From Acaryochloris sp. CCMEE 5410 (GTDB taxonomy: Bacteria; Cyanobacteriota; Cyanobacteriia; Thermosynechococcales; Thermosynechococcaceae), in contig NZ_AFEJ02000004.1 in assembly GCF_000238775.2 (NCBI RefSeq), positions 120,101-152,100 of the forward strand: a stretch of 32,000 nucleotides of DNA. Reading direction: 5' to 3'. The notes under the pieces were generated by a model. That model was given only the letters and a program-made list of their open reading frames with translations. It did no database searches and was not told where the DNA came from. The first letter of the stretch is position 1, and every line of letters starts with the position of its first letter. The position numbers and the translations under genes are program-made. This document shows positions 10,248 through 19,008 of the stretch, in pieces.

Positions 10248-11045
10248 GTGCCCCAGATGGCTTATCCCCTCTCAGCCACTAAACTCATCACCTACCAGCA
10301 GTGCCCCAAAGCCTACAACTTCAGATATGAGCGGGGACTCTCTTCACCCTCTGCCTTCGGTTCGCCTGCCTTTGGGATTGCCCTTCACAAAACTCTCGCA
10401 GATATCTACAAAGACTGGAATTACGATTACCCCCTGCCTTCCCTCGATTGGTTTACCGTTTGCTGGCAGCACCACACTGGAGAGATGAAACCTGCTCAGA
10501 TTCATGAGGGGTGGATGGCCTTGCAGCTCTATTACGAGAAATACGTTGCCCCGCTACCCCAGATTCGTAAACCACTTGGCGTCGAGGGCAAGATCAAGGC
10601 CAGCTTCCAGGTGAACAATATCGAGTTTTCCATCACAGGTCGTTATGACCGCTTAGACTATACCGATAATGGCCTGGAACTGATTGACTACAAGACGAGC
10701 AAGACGATTGGCCCGTCTGATGGAATTGATCTACAGCTAGGACTTTACTTTTTGATTCTGGAACAGATCTACCCAGAAGCACTTGAAACGCTGAGTTTGA
10801 TTTATCTACGGCAAGGTCAGAAAGTTTCATTTGATGTGACGCCTGAGCATCACCAGCAGGTACGGGAATTGATCGGGGACATCGCGGTAAAGCTCAGAGC
10901 AGATGATGAGTGGAAACCGGAAGTTGGTGAACACTGCAACCACTGTGGTTATCAGAAGTACTGTCCCGCGAAGTCCAAGAAGCCAGAGCCATTACCAGAG
11001 GGGACGAAGGAAGCGCGGCAGGTTCAATTAGTGTTGGGATTGTAA
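10248..11045 (+). CDS. PD-(D/E)XK nuclease, RecB/Cas4-like, with probable 4Fe-4S cysteines
   Basis: SATKLITYQQCPKAYNFRYERG, GIALHKTL, GLELIDYKTSK, LQLGLYFLILEQ and C-terminal EHCNHCGYQKYCPAK. Confidence 0.9.
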   Translation: MPQMAYPLSATKLITYQQCPKAYNFRYERGLSSPSAFGSPAFGIALHKTLADIYKDWNYDYPLPSLDWFTVCWQHHTGEMKPAQIHEGWMALQLYYEKYVAPLPQIRKPLGVEGKIKASFQVNNIEFSITGRYDRLDYTDNGLELIDYKTSKTIGPSDGIDLQLGLYFLILEQIYPEALETLSLIYLRQGQKVSFDVTPEHHQQVRELIGDIAVKLRADDEWKPEVGEHCNHCGYQKYCPAKSKKPEPLPEGTKEARQVQLVLGL

Positions 11046-11085
11046 TCAACACTTTAGTCATCCAAAGATGAGAATCTAAAAAAAA

Positions 11086-11571
11086 ATGGCACACTACAAT
11101 TTCATTACAGTTTGGGACATTGATGCCCCTATTGAGGACGTTTGGGAGCAACTGATTCACTCTGAAGATTGGCCTCAATGGTGGCCTGCTGTCCAAAGTG
11201 TTATTGAATTGGAAAAAGGGGATGAACAGGGGATTGGCAATATCCGTGAATATCATTGGAAAACTCCTCTCTCCTATGCTTTAAGCTTTAAAACTCGTTT
11301 AGTTCGCATTGAACCACCAATACTGATTGAGGGAATTGCAAGCGGAGAAGTGGAGGGAAAAGGAATTTGGGAACTTCAATCCATACCTAAAGGGACTCGC
11401 GTCCATTATTACTGGATTGTAGTGACAACCAAACTCTGGATGAATCTACTAGCATTGCTGCTTAAACCACTCATGGAGTGGAATCACAATGCAACTATGA
11501 AACAAGGTGCCCAAGGTTTAAGCCAAAGGATGGATACAGAGGTAACTTGTCAGGAGATGGCTGATTCCTAA
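11086..11571 (+). CDS. SRPBCC (START/polyketide-cyclase-like) family protein
   Basis: FITVWDIDAPIEDVWEQLIHSEDWPQWWPAVQSVIEL...GIGNIREYHWKTPLSYALSFKTRLVRIEPP is a typical SRPBCC N-terminus. Confidence 0.85.
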   Translation: MAHYNFITVWDIDAPIEDVWEQLIHSEDWPQWWPAVQSVIELEKGDEQGIGNIREYHWKTPLSYALSFKTRLVRIEPPILIEGIASGEVEGKGIWELQSIPKGTRVHYYWIVVTTKLWMNLLALLLKPLMEWNHNATMKQGAQGLSQRMDTEVTCQEMADS

Positions 11572-11690
11572 GCTTTGGAAGTAAAGATCATGCAAGCTTT
11601 GATGATGCCCTTCAGTCGCAGTTGTAATGTTGTGATTTAGAGGGAGCTAGGAAATATGCCAGGGACTCTTGATCGAGCAACCAATAAACC

Positions 11691-12059
11691 CTATAAACAC
11701 CTACGACTAGCATCTCCCAGCAAGAAAACATGGACGAGTTGCTGTGCAAATGCTATCGGTACTACCCAATGAGCGCAGCCCACGATCAGATACGCCTCTG
11801 GTTCTCCGGTGAAATAATAATCGAGACTGACGTTGCATTTGTTCACTGAGTCATAAAACATACAGGACAACTCAAAAAACTTGGTTGGGGCCATTTCCAG
11901 ATTCACAAAGCCCTCAATGATAACTTCTGAAGTCTTAAAGAGTTGGATTTCGATCTTCAAGTGTCCTGGCCCAGATATTTCCAAAGTCTGAGATTCCATG
12001 CCGACTTGAGTCTCAGGCTTCAGACCTACTCGCCACCCTTCAATCTCCTCACTCCTCAT
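11691..12059 (-). CDS. hypothetical protein
   Basis: Internal Met (MRSEEIEGWRVGLK) at 12059 avoids overlap with the upstream DUF5131 gene; listed ORF 11691..12182 would overlap it by 107 nt. Confidence 0.5.
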   Translation of the reverse strand: MRSEEIEGWRVGLKPETQVGMESQTLEISGPGHLKIEIQLFKTSEVIIEGFVNLEMAPTKFFELSCMFYDSVNKCNVSLDYYFTGEPEAYLIVGCAHWVVPIAFAQQLVHVFLLGDASRRCL

Positions 12060-12075
12060 CCGCAAATCACCTCCA

Positions 12076-12951
12076 TTATCCAAACTCTGGGAATTCCCGC
12101 ACTCGAAGATCCTTGGGCCATTCCTCAGCATCTCCACCCTTCGCAGAACGGAGCTTTGGAACACCCACGGGATTACTGCCAAGCTGCTTGATAAACACGG
12201 GGATATTGGCTGACTTGCATTGGTCTCGAATCAAGCGAATCCAAGCCACATCACAAGGCCGAGCGCCTGGGCCAGACTCACCCCCGGTGATGCACCAGAT
12301 CGGAGACGATGATGCCAGATTAAGGTCTACTGCTTCCAATAACGGCTCACAACTCAAAAACCGGATGGAGGCTGGTGTTTGCCCGAGCAAAGGAATTCGC
12401 TCGTCTGCGGCCTTTTGGTTCTCAACTGATACACCTAACCAAAGATTAGATAGGGGCCAATCCCACTGACATGATTCAAGGTCGGCTAATACCTTGTGGT
12501 TGACATTGGCGGATCGGCCCTTATCAACAGCGGCAATCCGAATTCTATTTTTGGCACTCCTGAGATAATCCCGCATTCGTTTTGGCCGTTTGGTTAGCAT
12601 CTGTACGGTAACCTGGGGGTTGAGCGCGATTGCAGCAAAGATCTGATCCAGCCACTCGTCTTTAACCGCTGAATGAAACGGGTCAGACATCGAGGGCATG
12701 AATACTCGGGTCGGTTTGCGGAACTTGAATAGCTTCTCCAACTGCTCAGGGACAAAGTTCACCTGACCCGTCCAGTTCCCTTTCTCATCGACAACACCGT
12801 GATACTGAGGAAATTGTTGCAGTCGTCCTGACTTAGAAGCTCTGGCCGCATAACAATGTTCACAACCGCTGCTTTTTGCTCCCTTGGCTCTAACCTTTGT
12901 ACAACCCACCAAACAGTTGATAGTATGATCGGTCCATTCGATAGTGGTCAT
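12076..12951 (-). CDS. DUF5131 / phage Gp37-Gp68 family protein
   Basis: MTTIEWTDHTINCLVGCTKV...GCEHCYAARAS, FMPSMSDPFH, VQMLTKRPKRM, NLWLGVSVENQKAADERIPLL, RFLSCEPLL, WCITGGESGPGARP. Confidence 0.95.
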   Translation of the reverse strand: MTTIEWTDHTINCLVGCTKVRAKGAKSSGCEHCYAARASKSGRLQQFPQYHGVVDEKGNWTGQVNFVPEQLEKLFKFRKPTRVFMPSMSDPFHSAVKDEWLDQIFAAIALNPQVTVQMLTKRPKRMRDYLRSAKNRIRIAAVDKGRSANVNHKVLADLESCQWDWPLSNLWLGVSVENQKAADERIPLLGQTPASIRFLSCEPLLEAVDLNLASSSPIWCITGGESGPGARPCDVAWIRLIRDQCKSANIPVFIKQLGSNPVGVPKLRSAKGGDAEEWPKDLRVREFPEFG

Positions 12952-12991
12952 GTCTGTTTCTCCAAAAGTTTTTATCAGGCTTGCTTCAGCC

Positions 12992-13630
12992 CTATACTTC
13001 CGCTCCCCAACACTCCCAACCCGGACGAGGGCACCGAGAGAACAACTCGATACGCTGACCGCCCAAGGCATCCCCCAGTCGATCCGCCATCTGGTAGAAC
13101 TCTTCTGGCTTTTGAGAGTGCTGACCAAGGGGAGCCTGGAATGCGGTGGGAATATTAGTCAATCCCAGTGCCATAAAGGTTTTAGCCTTTCCTTTGCGGC
13201 CTATAAGAACGTGTTCAGTTGCATTTCGACCGTAATGTCCTACACCGAATCTAATCTTGGACCTGTCTAATGTCGTCTTCACCCACGTATGTATGGCTTT
13301 GTACTCAAATCCCCATGCCTCCATAACTCTGAACGCCACTGGCAGATGGTTGTTTGTCGTCCACAACAACAAATATGAATCTGGAGCGGCAATCGAACTC
13401 ACGGGCATTGCCATGATTTCTTCATCAGTCATCGCTGGGTAAGGGCACCGTCCCCGATGGGTTTTGTCGGATTCCCGGAGATGGTAGCTCCAAGGTGGAT
13501 CAGCCGCTATCAGGGAGAATGCACCCACAGGGAGGAGTGGGGTATTCGGAATAAGGTTGAGCGTGATGGCAAGCTTCTGCTGCCCACGCTTATCGGTTGG
13601 TGCGTACATGGTTTTCATGGGTGATTCCAA
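12992..13630 (-). CDS. MT-A70 family adenine-N6 methyltransferase
   Basis: FSLIAADPPWSYHLRE (DPPW), YPAMTDEEIMAMPV, DSYLLLWTTNNHLPVAFRVMEAWGFEYKAIHTWVK, EHVLIGRKGK, HSQKPEEFYQMADRL, ELFSRCPRPGWECWGAE. Confidence 0.95.
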   Translation of the reverse strand: MESPMKTMYAPTDKRGQQKLAITLNLIPNTPLLPVGAFSLIAADPPWSYHLRESDKTHRGRCPYPAMTDEEIMAMPVSSIAAPDSYLLLWTTNNHLPVAFRVMEAWGFEYKAIHTWVKTTLDRSKIRFGVGHYGRNATEHVLIGRKGKAKTFMALGLTNIPTAFQAPLGQHSQKPEEFYQMADRLGDALGGQRIELFSRCPRPGWECWGAEV

Positions 13631-13700
13631 TGATGAATAAGGTTGTCATGGGGAGAGTGGCAGCACTCACAGACGACCGCTCTCTGTCTGGTCAAGTCAT

Positions 13701-14828
13701 TCAAACCAGCGAGAGCTGCTTGACCTTCCCGGTTGCCTCTTGCCAGGTCTGCTCAAAGTAATTCGGTCGATGCACCTTGTTCTGGATAAAGCCAGGGGCC
13801 GCAACCCAGAACCCTTCACAGGCCAGGGACTCATCGGGGTTTCTTTGATAGTCATAAGCCCTGGTATAGGTCGGGTCTGAGGTATCGCAAGCACAGCCGT
13901 GTTGCTTGGCAATCACACTCACTTGGGTATCAGCAGCACGACGAGGCATCGGATCAGACACTCTCATGACTCGCCTACTGATCTGCTTGCCTTGATAAAT
14001 GCGCTCGACTCGGTAAACAGCCCAATCAATTGAGTCCAGGTGATTTACGGCCATGTCCCTGACGAATTGGGGGGCAACCTCCCAGGCAGAGCGACTGGCA
14101 TATAGCTTCATTCTGGGATTGAGAGCAAGCGCAGCAGCTTCCAAGGTCAGGGCATACTGGCCCGCCTCCGGTTCAGACTCCCAGCGCTGGCCCGCCTGTT
14201 CAGGCCTGCAGAATGGGCAGAACACACAAGCTGACTTGAGCCAATCCGCCCCGGTCTTCTCACGGATATAGTCAATGCAAGTCTCCCTGTCCCAGCCCCA
14301 CTCTTGGAGCGGAAATCGGTAGTCTGACCCCATGCAAGGATAGTCCACGCACTTGGCTGAGCGCTTCTCTTCTCCCTTGGCATAGCCCAGGTAAGGACCG
14401 ATAGCCTCACCAGAGAGATGATCCGTTATCCAACTATCGATGACGACACCTTTGAACTTCATGGCACAGGTATGCGCTCCACTCACGGGTTGGCTGGTGC
14501 CCGCAATTCTCAGGGAATGGCCGAGAGTGTAATCGCCTTCGATATGGCAGATTTGGGGATTTCGAGTGTCGCTGAGGACGGTGTAGCCATCTTTTTTAGA
14601 GTGGCCCGCCTTAGCGACCTGGACAAAGCGGATCTGGCGCTGTCGGAGCAAGGGCAAGAGGTGAGTCTCGACCAGACTCTTGGTGGATTGATGTTCGTTG
14701 CCTGTCTGAGCGGTTATCAATATCAGATCATCAAAACTCGCAAAAGGGCGGGTTCGGGGGTTATAAATCCAGGAAAGCAAAATTGCGGTTGAGTCAACTC
14801 CTAAACCCCAATTAAGTACATGGATCAT
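13701..14828 (-). CDS. PP-loop ATPase, PAPS-reductase-like (variant loop GLGVDS)
   Basis: MIHVLNWGLGVDSTAILLSWI, LILITAQTGNEHQST, plus Cys-rich segment CVDYPC...KSACVFCPFCRPEQ. Confidence 0.8.
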   Translation of the reverse strand: MIHVLNWGLGVDSTAILLSWIYNPRTRPFASFDDLILITAQTGNEHQSTKSLVETHLLPLLRQRQIRFVQVAKAGHSKKDGYTVLSDTRNPQICHIEGDYTLGHSLRIAGTSQPVSGAHTCAMKFKGVVIDSWITDHLSGEAIGPYLGYAKGEEKRSAKCVDYPCMGSDYRFPLQEWGWDRETCIDYIREKTGADWLKSACVFCPFCRPEQAGQRWESEPEAGQYALTLEAAALALNPRMKLYASRSAWEVAPQFVRDMAVNHLDSIDWAVYRVERIYQGKQISRRVMRVSDPMPRRAADTQVSVIAKQHGCACDTSDPTYTRAYDYQRNPDESLACEGFWVAAPGFIQNKVHRPNYFEQTWQEATGKVKQLSLV

Positions 14829-14978
14829 GAGTGACTCCTGAAAACATCGCCCAGAAAGAAATAAAGAAACATGCCAAAGTAGATGGATTGCCAGAGCAGC
14901 CACCAGACAAGGGTGTAGCTATTCATGATTACCTCCCGAGTTTTCAGAATCCAGATAGAAACTGAAATATTTGTGGTT

Positions 14979-16331
14979 TCAAAAATTGGGGGATGACAGG
15001 GATTCCAGGCAACGAGTCAGAATCATCCGCATCACTGGTGGAGTGACAGCGTTGCCAAGCTGTTTGACCCTCTCTCGCTTATTTCCCAGAACTTTGTAAT
15101 CCTGAGCAAAGGCCATTGCTGCCTGGATTTCATGGGGCTGCAACATGCGGAAATAGCAATCCTCAACAGAAATAGAATGATCCGGTTGCACCAAGGCATG
15201 ACGATCCGCAGCAGTAATAGTGGGAATGGCAGCATCCATGCCACAGACCTGATCTGAGCCGCTGTAATAGCTGGTTAGAAAGGGTTGAACCAGAGAATTA
15301 TGGTCAACTGTGGTGATTGTGGGCAGTGGATCACGGATGCTAGCAGCCTGTGCCCCGGTGTAGTTCCGCACAATAAACGGTGTTGCCAAGGCCATTGTTT
15401 GGCGGGCAGTGTGGGTGGGAAGAATCCCCTCCACACTCCGAACCCGACTGCTCGTGTCATTGCCGTAAGCCGTTTCCACCAGGACAGGATTGTTGAACTT
15501 CTGCAGCCCTTTACGGATGCGCTCTAGGGTCGCTGGCTTCAAGGGTCGTTTGCGTTCACCTACTTTGGTACTGGGATAGCTCCAGTCGATAGCTGTGTGT
15601 GCCGGGGTATAGTATGGCTCCACCACCTGGGCACAACTAGGACAGCGGTATACATATTGATTGCGCTTGCCGTAGCGCCCCCACTTCTTAAATGGGTTTT
15701 TCCAGGACTGAATAGCCTCGACTTCACCGCATTGGGAGCAGTGGGCCAGCGGGGTAAAGCTGAGGTTAGGTTTGGGGTTGTTTCTCCTCCAGAAGACGAT
15801 GTACACCCGGTCTCTGCTTTGAGGTGCTTCAGCAAACATGCTGTTGAAGAAGACTGCCTCATGGTCATACCCCAAGGTATGCATGGCATTGAGCCAGCTA
15901 TCGAACAGTATCCAGTGGCGCACCTCGACCACGTTCTCGACAACGACAAAGTTGTACTGATGAACCTCTGAAAATCTGACGATGTCCCATAAAGTAGCCC
16001 TTGACCTTTCTTCAGCCGGGTCAATGGTTTGGGGGTTGAACAAGTCCATCTGGCCCAGGTTCTTGCGCTTTCTCCCTTTGGCTAAACTATGGTTTGTGCA
16101 TTCAGGGCTAGTAATCAAAATATCGGTACTGGGATAGCGGCGAGGGTCGCAAGCGCTGATGTCTGTGCAATCATGAGCCGTATTAGGGAAATTGGTGTTG
16201 TGGGTTTCCACTGCCTTCTCCCAATGATTGATTGCCATGACGATTTCACAGCCTGCTTGGGCAGCACCACTACTCGAACCGCCACAGCCGCAAAATTGAT
16301 CGGTGACGGTGATATAGGATTTCTTCTTCAT
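14979..16331 (-). CDS. C5-cytosine-specific DNA methyltransferase, variant motif IV
   Basis: TDQFCGCGGSSSGAAQAGCEIVMAINHWEKAVETHNTNFP (motifs I-II), ILITSPECTNHSLAKG (motif IV variant), NFVVVENVVEV (motif VI), RVKQLGNAVTPPV (motif X). Start set at MKKKSYITVTDQF. Confidence 0.93.
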   Translation of the reverse strand: MKKKSYITVTDQFCGCGGSSSGAAQAGCEIVMAINHWEKAVETHNTNFPNTAHDCTDISACDPRRYPSTDILITSPECTNHSLAKGRKRKNLGQMDLFNPQTIDPAEERSRATLWDIVRFSEVHQYNFVVVENVVEVRHWILFDSWLNAMHTLGYDHEAVFFNSMFAEAPQSRDRVYIVFWRRNNPKPNLSFTPLAHCSQCGEVEAIQSWKNPFKKWGRYGKRNQYVYRCPSCAQVVEPYYTPAHTAIDWSYPSTKVGERKRPLKPATLERIRKGLQKFNNPVLVETAYGNDTSSRVRSVEGILPTHTARQTMALATPFIVRNYTGAQAASIRDPLPTITTVDHNSLVQPFLTSYYSGSDQVCGMDAAIPTITAADRHALVQPDHSISVEDCYFRMLQPHEIQAAMAFAQDYKVLGNKRERVKQLGNAVTPPVMRMILTRCLESLSSPNF

Positions 16332-16507
16332 GACTAAGCCCCCAAACGATTGCATTCTCGACAGAACCCTTTGCTATCGAGATGTGAGGGTCTGTACCAC
16401 TCGCCACAGGCACGGCATTGCTGCTTAGGCTTTGGGCTAAGACTTTGCTTGATAGTTTGAACAATCCGATGCAGAAAGCTGTGTTCTGATTTCATTGCTA
16501 TTTCTCC

Positions 16508-17557
16508 TTAAGTCGGGCCTGCGTCCTCCCCAAATGCGCCCGCAGGCAGAGTCCAGGCATTCGGGTCAATGAGGATGGGTGCTGTATAGTCTTGGCTCAG
16601 GGCTAGCTGGAGCTGGTCAGGATGCTGGTGGATGGCCTCATAGACCTTGCCCTTGGTCGCCATCTCTGGGATGGAAAGCTTGTTGTCGATGGTATGCTGA
16701 AACGCTTGCTCGTACTGGTGCAGCCGCTCTGTGCGTTCTGGTGAGATGGCTAGATTGGAAGCCCATTGGTTGGGTGAGCCAAAGATACAGAACTGGCAGC
16801 TCAACCGCCCCCAGCCCAGATGGTAGGCAGGATGGGCCTGCACTCCCCAGCGCTGGATTGTTCCCCAGATTTGCTCAGTGGTATAGGCATGGACGGGACG
16901 CCAGTGGTCAATATGACGCCTGAGCTTATGGCTGTCCCGCCGATCAGTCCGGTGAGGCTCAAAACTCTGATACTTGGCCCTAGCTGCACTCTCCTGCGCC
17001 CGTTCCCCTGTGACCACCAGAGTTCGGGAATGGTTGAACCGGGATTGGTTGGCAATGGCGGTGCTAAGAACATCAATCTTCAGATACGAAGAACACCAGC
17101 GGGTTTTGAGGTCAGCGGTTTTGGCAGGAAACTTGCACCGAGTTCCAGGCTTGCCTTGCCCTCCAGAAACTTGCTCTCCATCAGGCGTTTCAAAGTGCGT
17201 GGGTGCCTTGGGTTGGTCCTTGCGACACATTTCGCGTTCTAGCCCTCCCTCCAGCCAACTCATATACAGAGGAAGGTCGAAGGCTTGGGCAAATTTGCGG
17301 CAGTAGTTCTCAGTGACAGGCCAGTCAAACAAAGTAGAGCTTTGGGGGTTGACTGGAGTATTGCTTAGACCATCGACAAGGTGGTGATGCAACTCAATCT
17401 TGCTCCTGTCCACTCCCAGCTCCATCAACCGGAGCAGACAACAGATAGAGTCCTTGCCTCCAGAGAAGGCAACGATGATGCAGTCATAGGTGGACAGATC
17501 AGGGAGCGTCGAAACACCGGGCACCTGGAGGGGCAAGACCATTTGGGTGGCGCTCAT
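16508..17557 (-). CDS. PP-loop ATPase, PAPS-reductase/DndC-like
   Basis: CIIVAFSGGKDSICCLLRLMELG (SGGKDS), TRWCSSYLKIDV, LVVTGERAQESAARAK, RLSCQFCIFGS. Start set at MSATQMVLPLQ. Confidence 0.88.
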   Translation of the reverse strand: MSATQMVLPLQVPGVSTLPDLSTYDCIIVAFSGGKDSICCLLRLMELGVDRSKIELHHHLVDGLSNTPVNPQSSTLFDWPVTENYCRKFAQAFDLPLYMSWLEGGLEREMCRKDQPKAPTHFETPDGEQVSGGQGKPGTRCKFPAKTADLKTRWCSSYLKIDVLSTAIANQSRFNHSRTLVVTGERAQESAARAKYQSFEPHRTDRRDSHKLRRHIDHWRPVHAYTTEQIWGTIQRWGVQAHPAYHLGWGRLSCQFCIFGSPNQWASNLAISPERTERLHQYEQAFQHTIDNKLSIPEMATKGKVYEAIHQHPDQLQLALSQDYTAPILIDPNAWTLPAGAFGEDAGPT

Positions 17558-17567
17558 GATCCTGCCC

Positions 17568-17783
17568 CTAACAACACAACTTGAGTCGAACAGCGGGGCG
17601 TAAATCTGTGATTTTGACTGTGGTGAAGTTCTTACTCCACTCCCCGGATTTGTCCTTGGCAATCATCAGAACGTGCTGTCTGGAGACTGTTGAGAACACC
17701 TTGAGACGGGTGCCATTCTGTCTCCTGAGCGTTCCGAGGAAGTACACAAGATGATGCTGAGGCGAGTACACTAAATCGCTCAT
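17568..17783 (-). CDS. small hypothetical protein upstream of the PP-loop gene
   Basis: 71-aa ORF with strong SD (CTGGAGGAAAATCCCATG), ends 10 nt before the next start. Confidence 0.6.
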   Translation of the reverse strand: MSDLVYSPQHHLVYFLGTLRRQNGTRLKVFSTVSRQHVLMIAKDKSGEWSKNFTTVKITDLRPAVRLKLCC

Positions 17784-17831
17784 GGGATTTTCCTCCAGTA
17801 TTCAATTGGTTAATTTGGGTTGTGGCTACCG

Positions 17832-18086
17832 TTAAAGTTCGAGATAGGTGACGGCAAATGCACCTTCAATATCTGCAGTGCATTTTCTAAAGCAGATGCA
17901 ATCACCGTCTGGTTCTAGGAAGTACTCCATCCAATATTCATGGCGAACCTGATGAGCTTCAGCAGGGCAATCTGGATTGACGGCCTGAGCAAAAGTGGCT
18001 GGATCAAAATGACCGAGGGCATAGCAGCCTTGCAAGCCACCAATCCAATCACAGCCCACTTCCCGTAATTCCAGAACTTCGATCAT
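17832..18086 (-). CDS. small hypothetical protein
   Basis: 84-aa ORF in the same directional block; not recognised. Confidence 0.55.
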   Translation of the reverse strand: MIEVLELREVGCDWIGGLQGCYALGHFDPATFAQAVNPDCPAEAHQVRHEYWMEYFLEPDGDCICFRKCTADIEGAFAVTYLEL

Positions 18087-18266
18087 GGGACTGTCTCCTA
18101 TTTCTATTCATAAGCAAACAAAAGGATGAAGTTGCCACCCTTCTGTTGAGGTCGCGATTTTGCTGTGGTGGCTCACCCAAATCTGGCGGACATTGGGCAG
18201 ATAAAATATAGATGTATTCTTCTCCGGCAACTCCCCAAACGGTGGGTTGCCCTTTATTTCGAGTTC

Positions 18267-18524
18267 TCAAACTTGGGCCAAGACCTTCAGGCCCACCTCC
18301 GTTTCGTCTCCTTCGTCCATCTCTCGTAGATTCTTCAGGTATTCTGGTGTTGGATAAATTCCCCGTGGTTTCCCACAGTCTTCACAGAGCCAACGACAAT
18401 AGGGGCGACCAGAGGATTTATGGATCAATACTTGGGATGAGATCGCAAACTTCAGTTGATGACAACTATGGCAACGACGAATTCTCGGCACCTCTTGGAG
18501 CCGCACAGGTTGATATTGAAACAT
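18267..18524 (-). CDS. small hypothetical protein with paired CxxC motifs
   Basis: RRCHSCHQLKF...CRWLCEDCGKPRGIYPTPEYL, zinc-ribbon-like; SD CTAGGAGAAATCTACCATG. Confidence 0.6.
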   Translation of the reverse strand: MFQYQPVRLQEVPRIRRCHSCHQLKFAISSQVLIHKSSGRPYCRWLCEDCGKPRGIYPTPEYLKNLREMDEGDETEVGLKVLAQV

Positions 18525-18565
18525 GGTAGATTTCTCCTAGATAGAAAATCTCAAAGATTCAACTT

Positions 18566-18602
18566 GAGGCGATTCTTACTAGCTGGAATCGCCTCATTTT
18601 TT
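18566..18602 (+). terminator. intrinsic-terminator-like hairpin on + strand
   Basis: GAGGCGATTC-ttactagctg-GAATCGCCTC, perfect 10-bp stem followed by ATTTTTTATT. Confidence 0.5.
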
Positions 18603-18624
18603 ATTCGATTGATTCACTACAGCC

Positions 18625-19008
18625 CTAGATGCCAGCGTCCTTGTGCTTCCACTCCAGGTAGGATTTAATGACATCGCCGTGGCAGGCCAGGGGAGCACAC
18701 CAGCAGAGCAACTTCACTTCTGGCATGGCCTCCAGCTTGGCTAGCTCTGCCATCACTTGAGTACGATTGGGGCGCTTCCACATGCCAGACACAGTGACGT
18801 TGTATTTGTCAGCCAGACCTGGGACCACATCAACGGGATTGGCTCCCAGGTTGGCGACTTCATGGAGGTATTCACGGAACGCTGCGACCACTGCCATTCG
18901 CTCAGATTCATGGAACATATGAAAGGGATTACCAAGGACGCTGGCACGGTCGCAGCGGTAGCCCTTGACATTGCGATTATGGCGAAGATTAATGACGGTG
19001 ATTGTCAT
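18625..19008 (-). CDS. DUF4326 domain protein
   Basis: TVINLRHNRNVKGYRCDRASVLGNPF...F+EYL...LLCWCAPLACHGDVIKSYLEW. Confidence 0.88.
   Translation of the reverse strand: MTITVINLRHNRNVKGYRCDRASVLGNPFHMFHESERMAVVAAFREYLHEVANLGANPVDVVPGLADKYNVTVSGMWKRPNRTQVMAELAKLEAMPEVKLLCWCAPLACHGDVIKSYLEWKHKDAGI

Noticed and set aside
10147-10488. 113-aa ORF overlapping the nuclease gene
   Set aside because: Mostly out-of-frame with the well-supported RecB-like CDS; Ser/Pro-rich translation typical of a shadow ORF.
12969-13128. N-terminal extension of the DUF5131 ORF to 13128
   Set aside because: It overlaps the MT-A70 gene and lacks family-like sequence; MTTIEWTDHTINC at 12951 is the canonical start.
12992-17306. 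Plus-strand ORFs (for example 15285..15527, 15597..15971, 16089..16337, 16820..17242)
   Set aside because: All lie antisense to strongly motif-supported minus-strand CDSs.
12076-17557. Complete phosphorothioation (Dnd/Ssp) or 7-deazaguanine (Dpd) system
   Set aside because: Only DndC-like PP-loop proteins are visible; DndA/B/D/E, Ssp and Dpd/queuosine-type partners were not found in the window.
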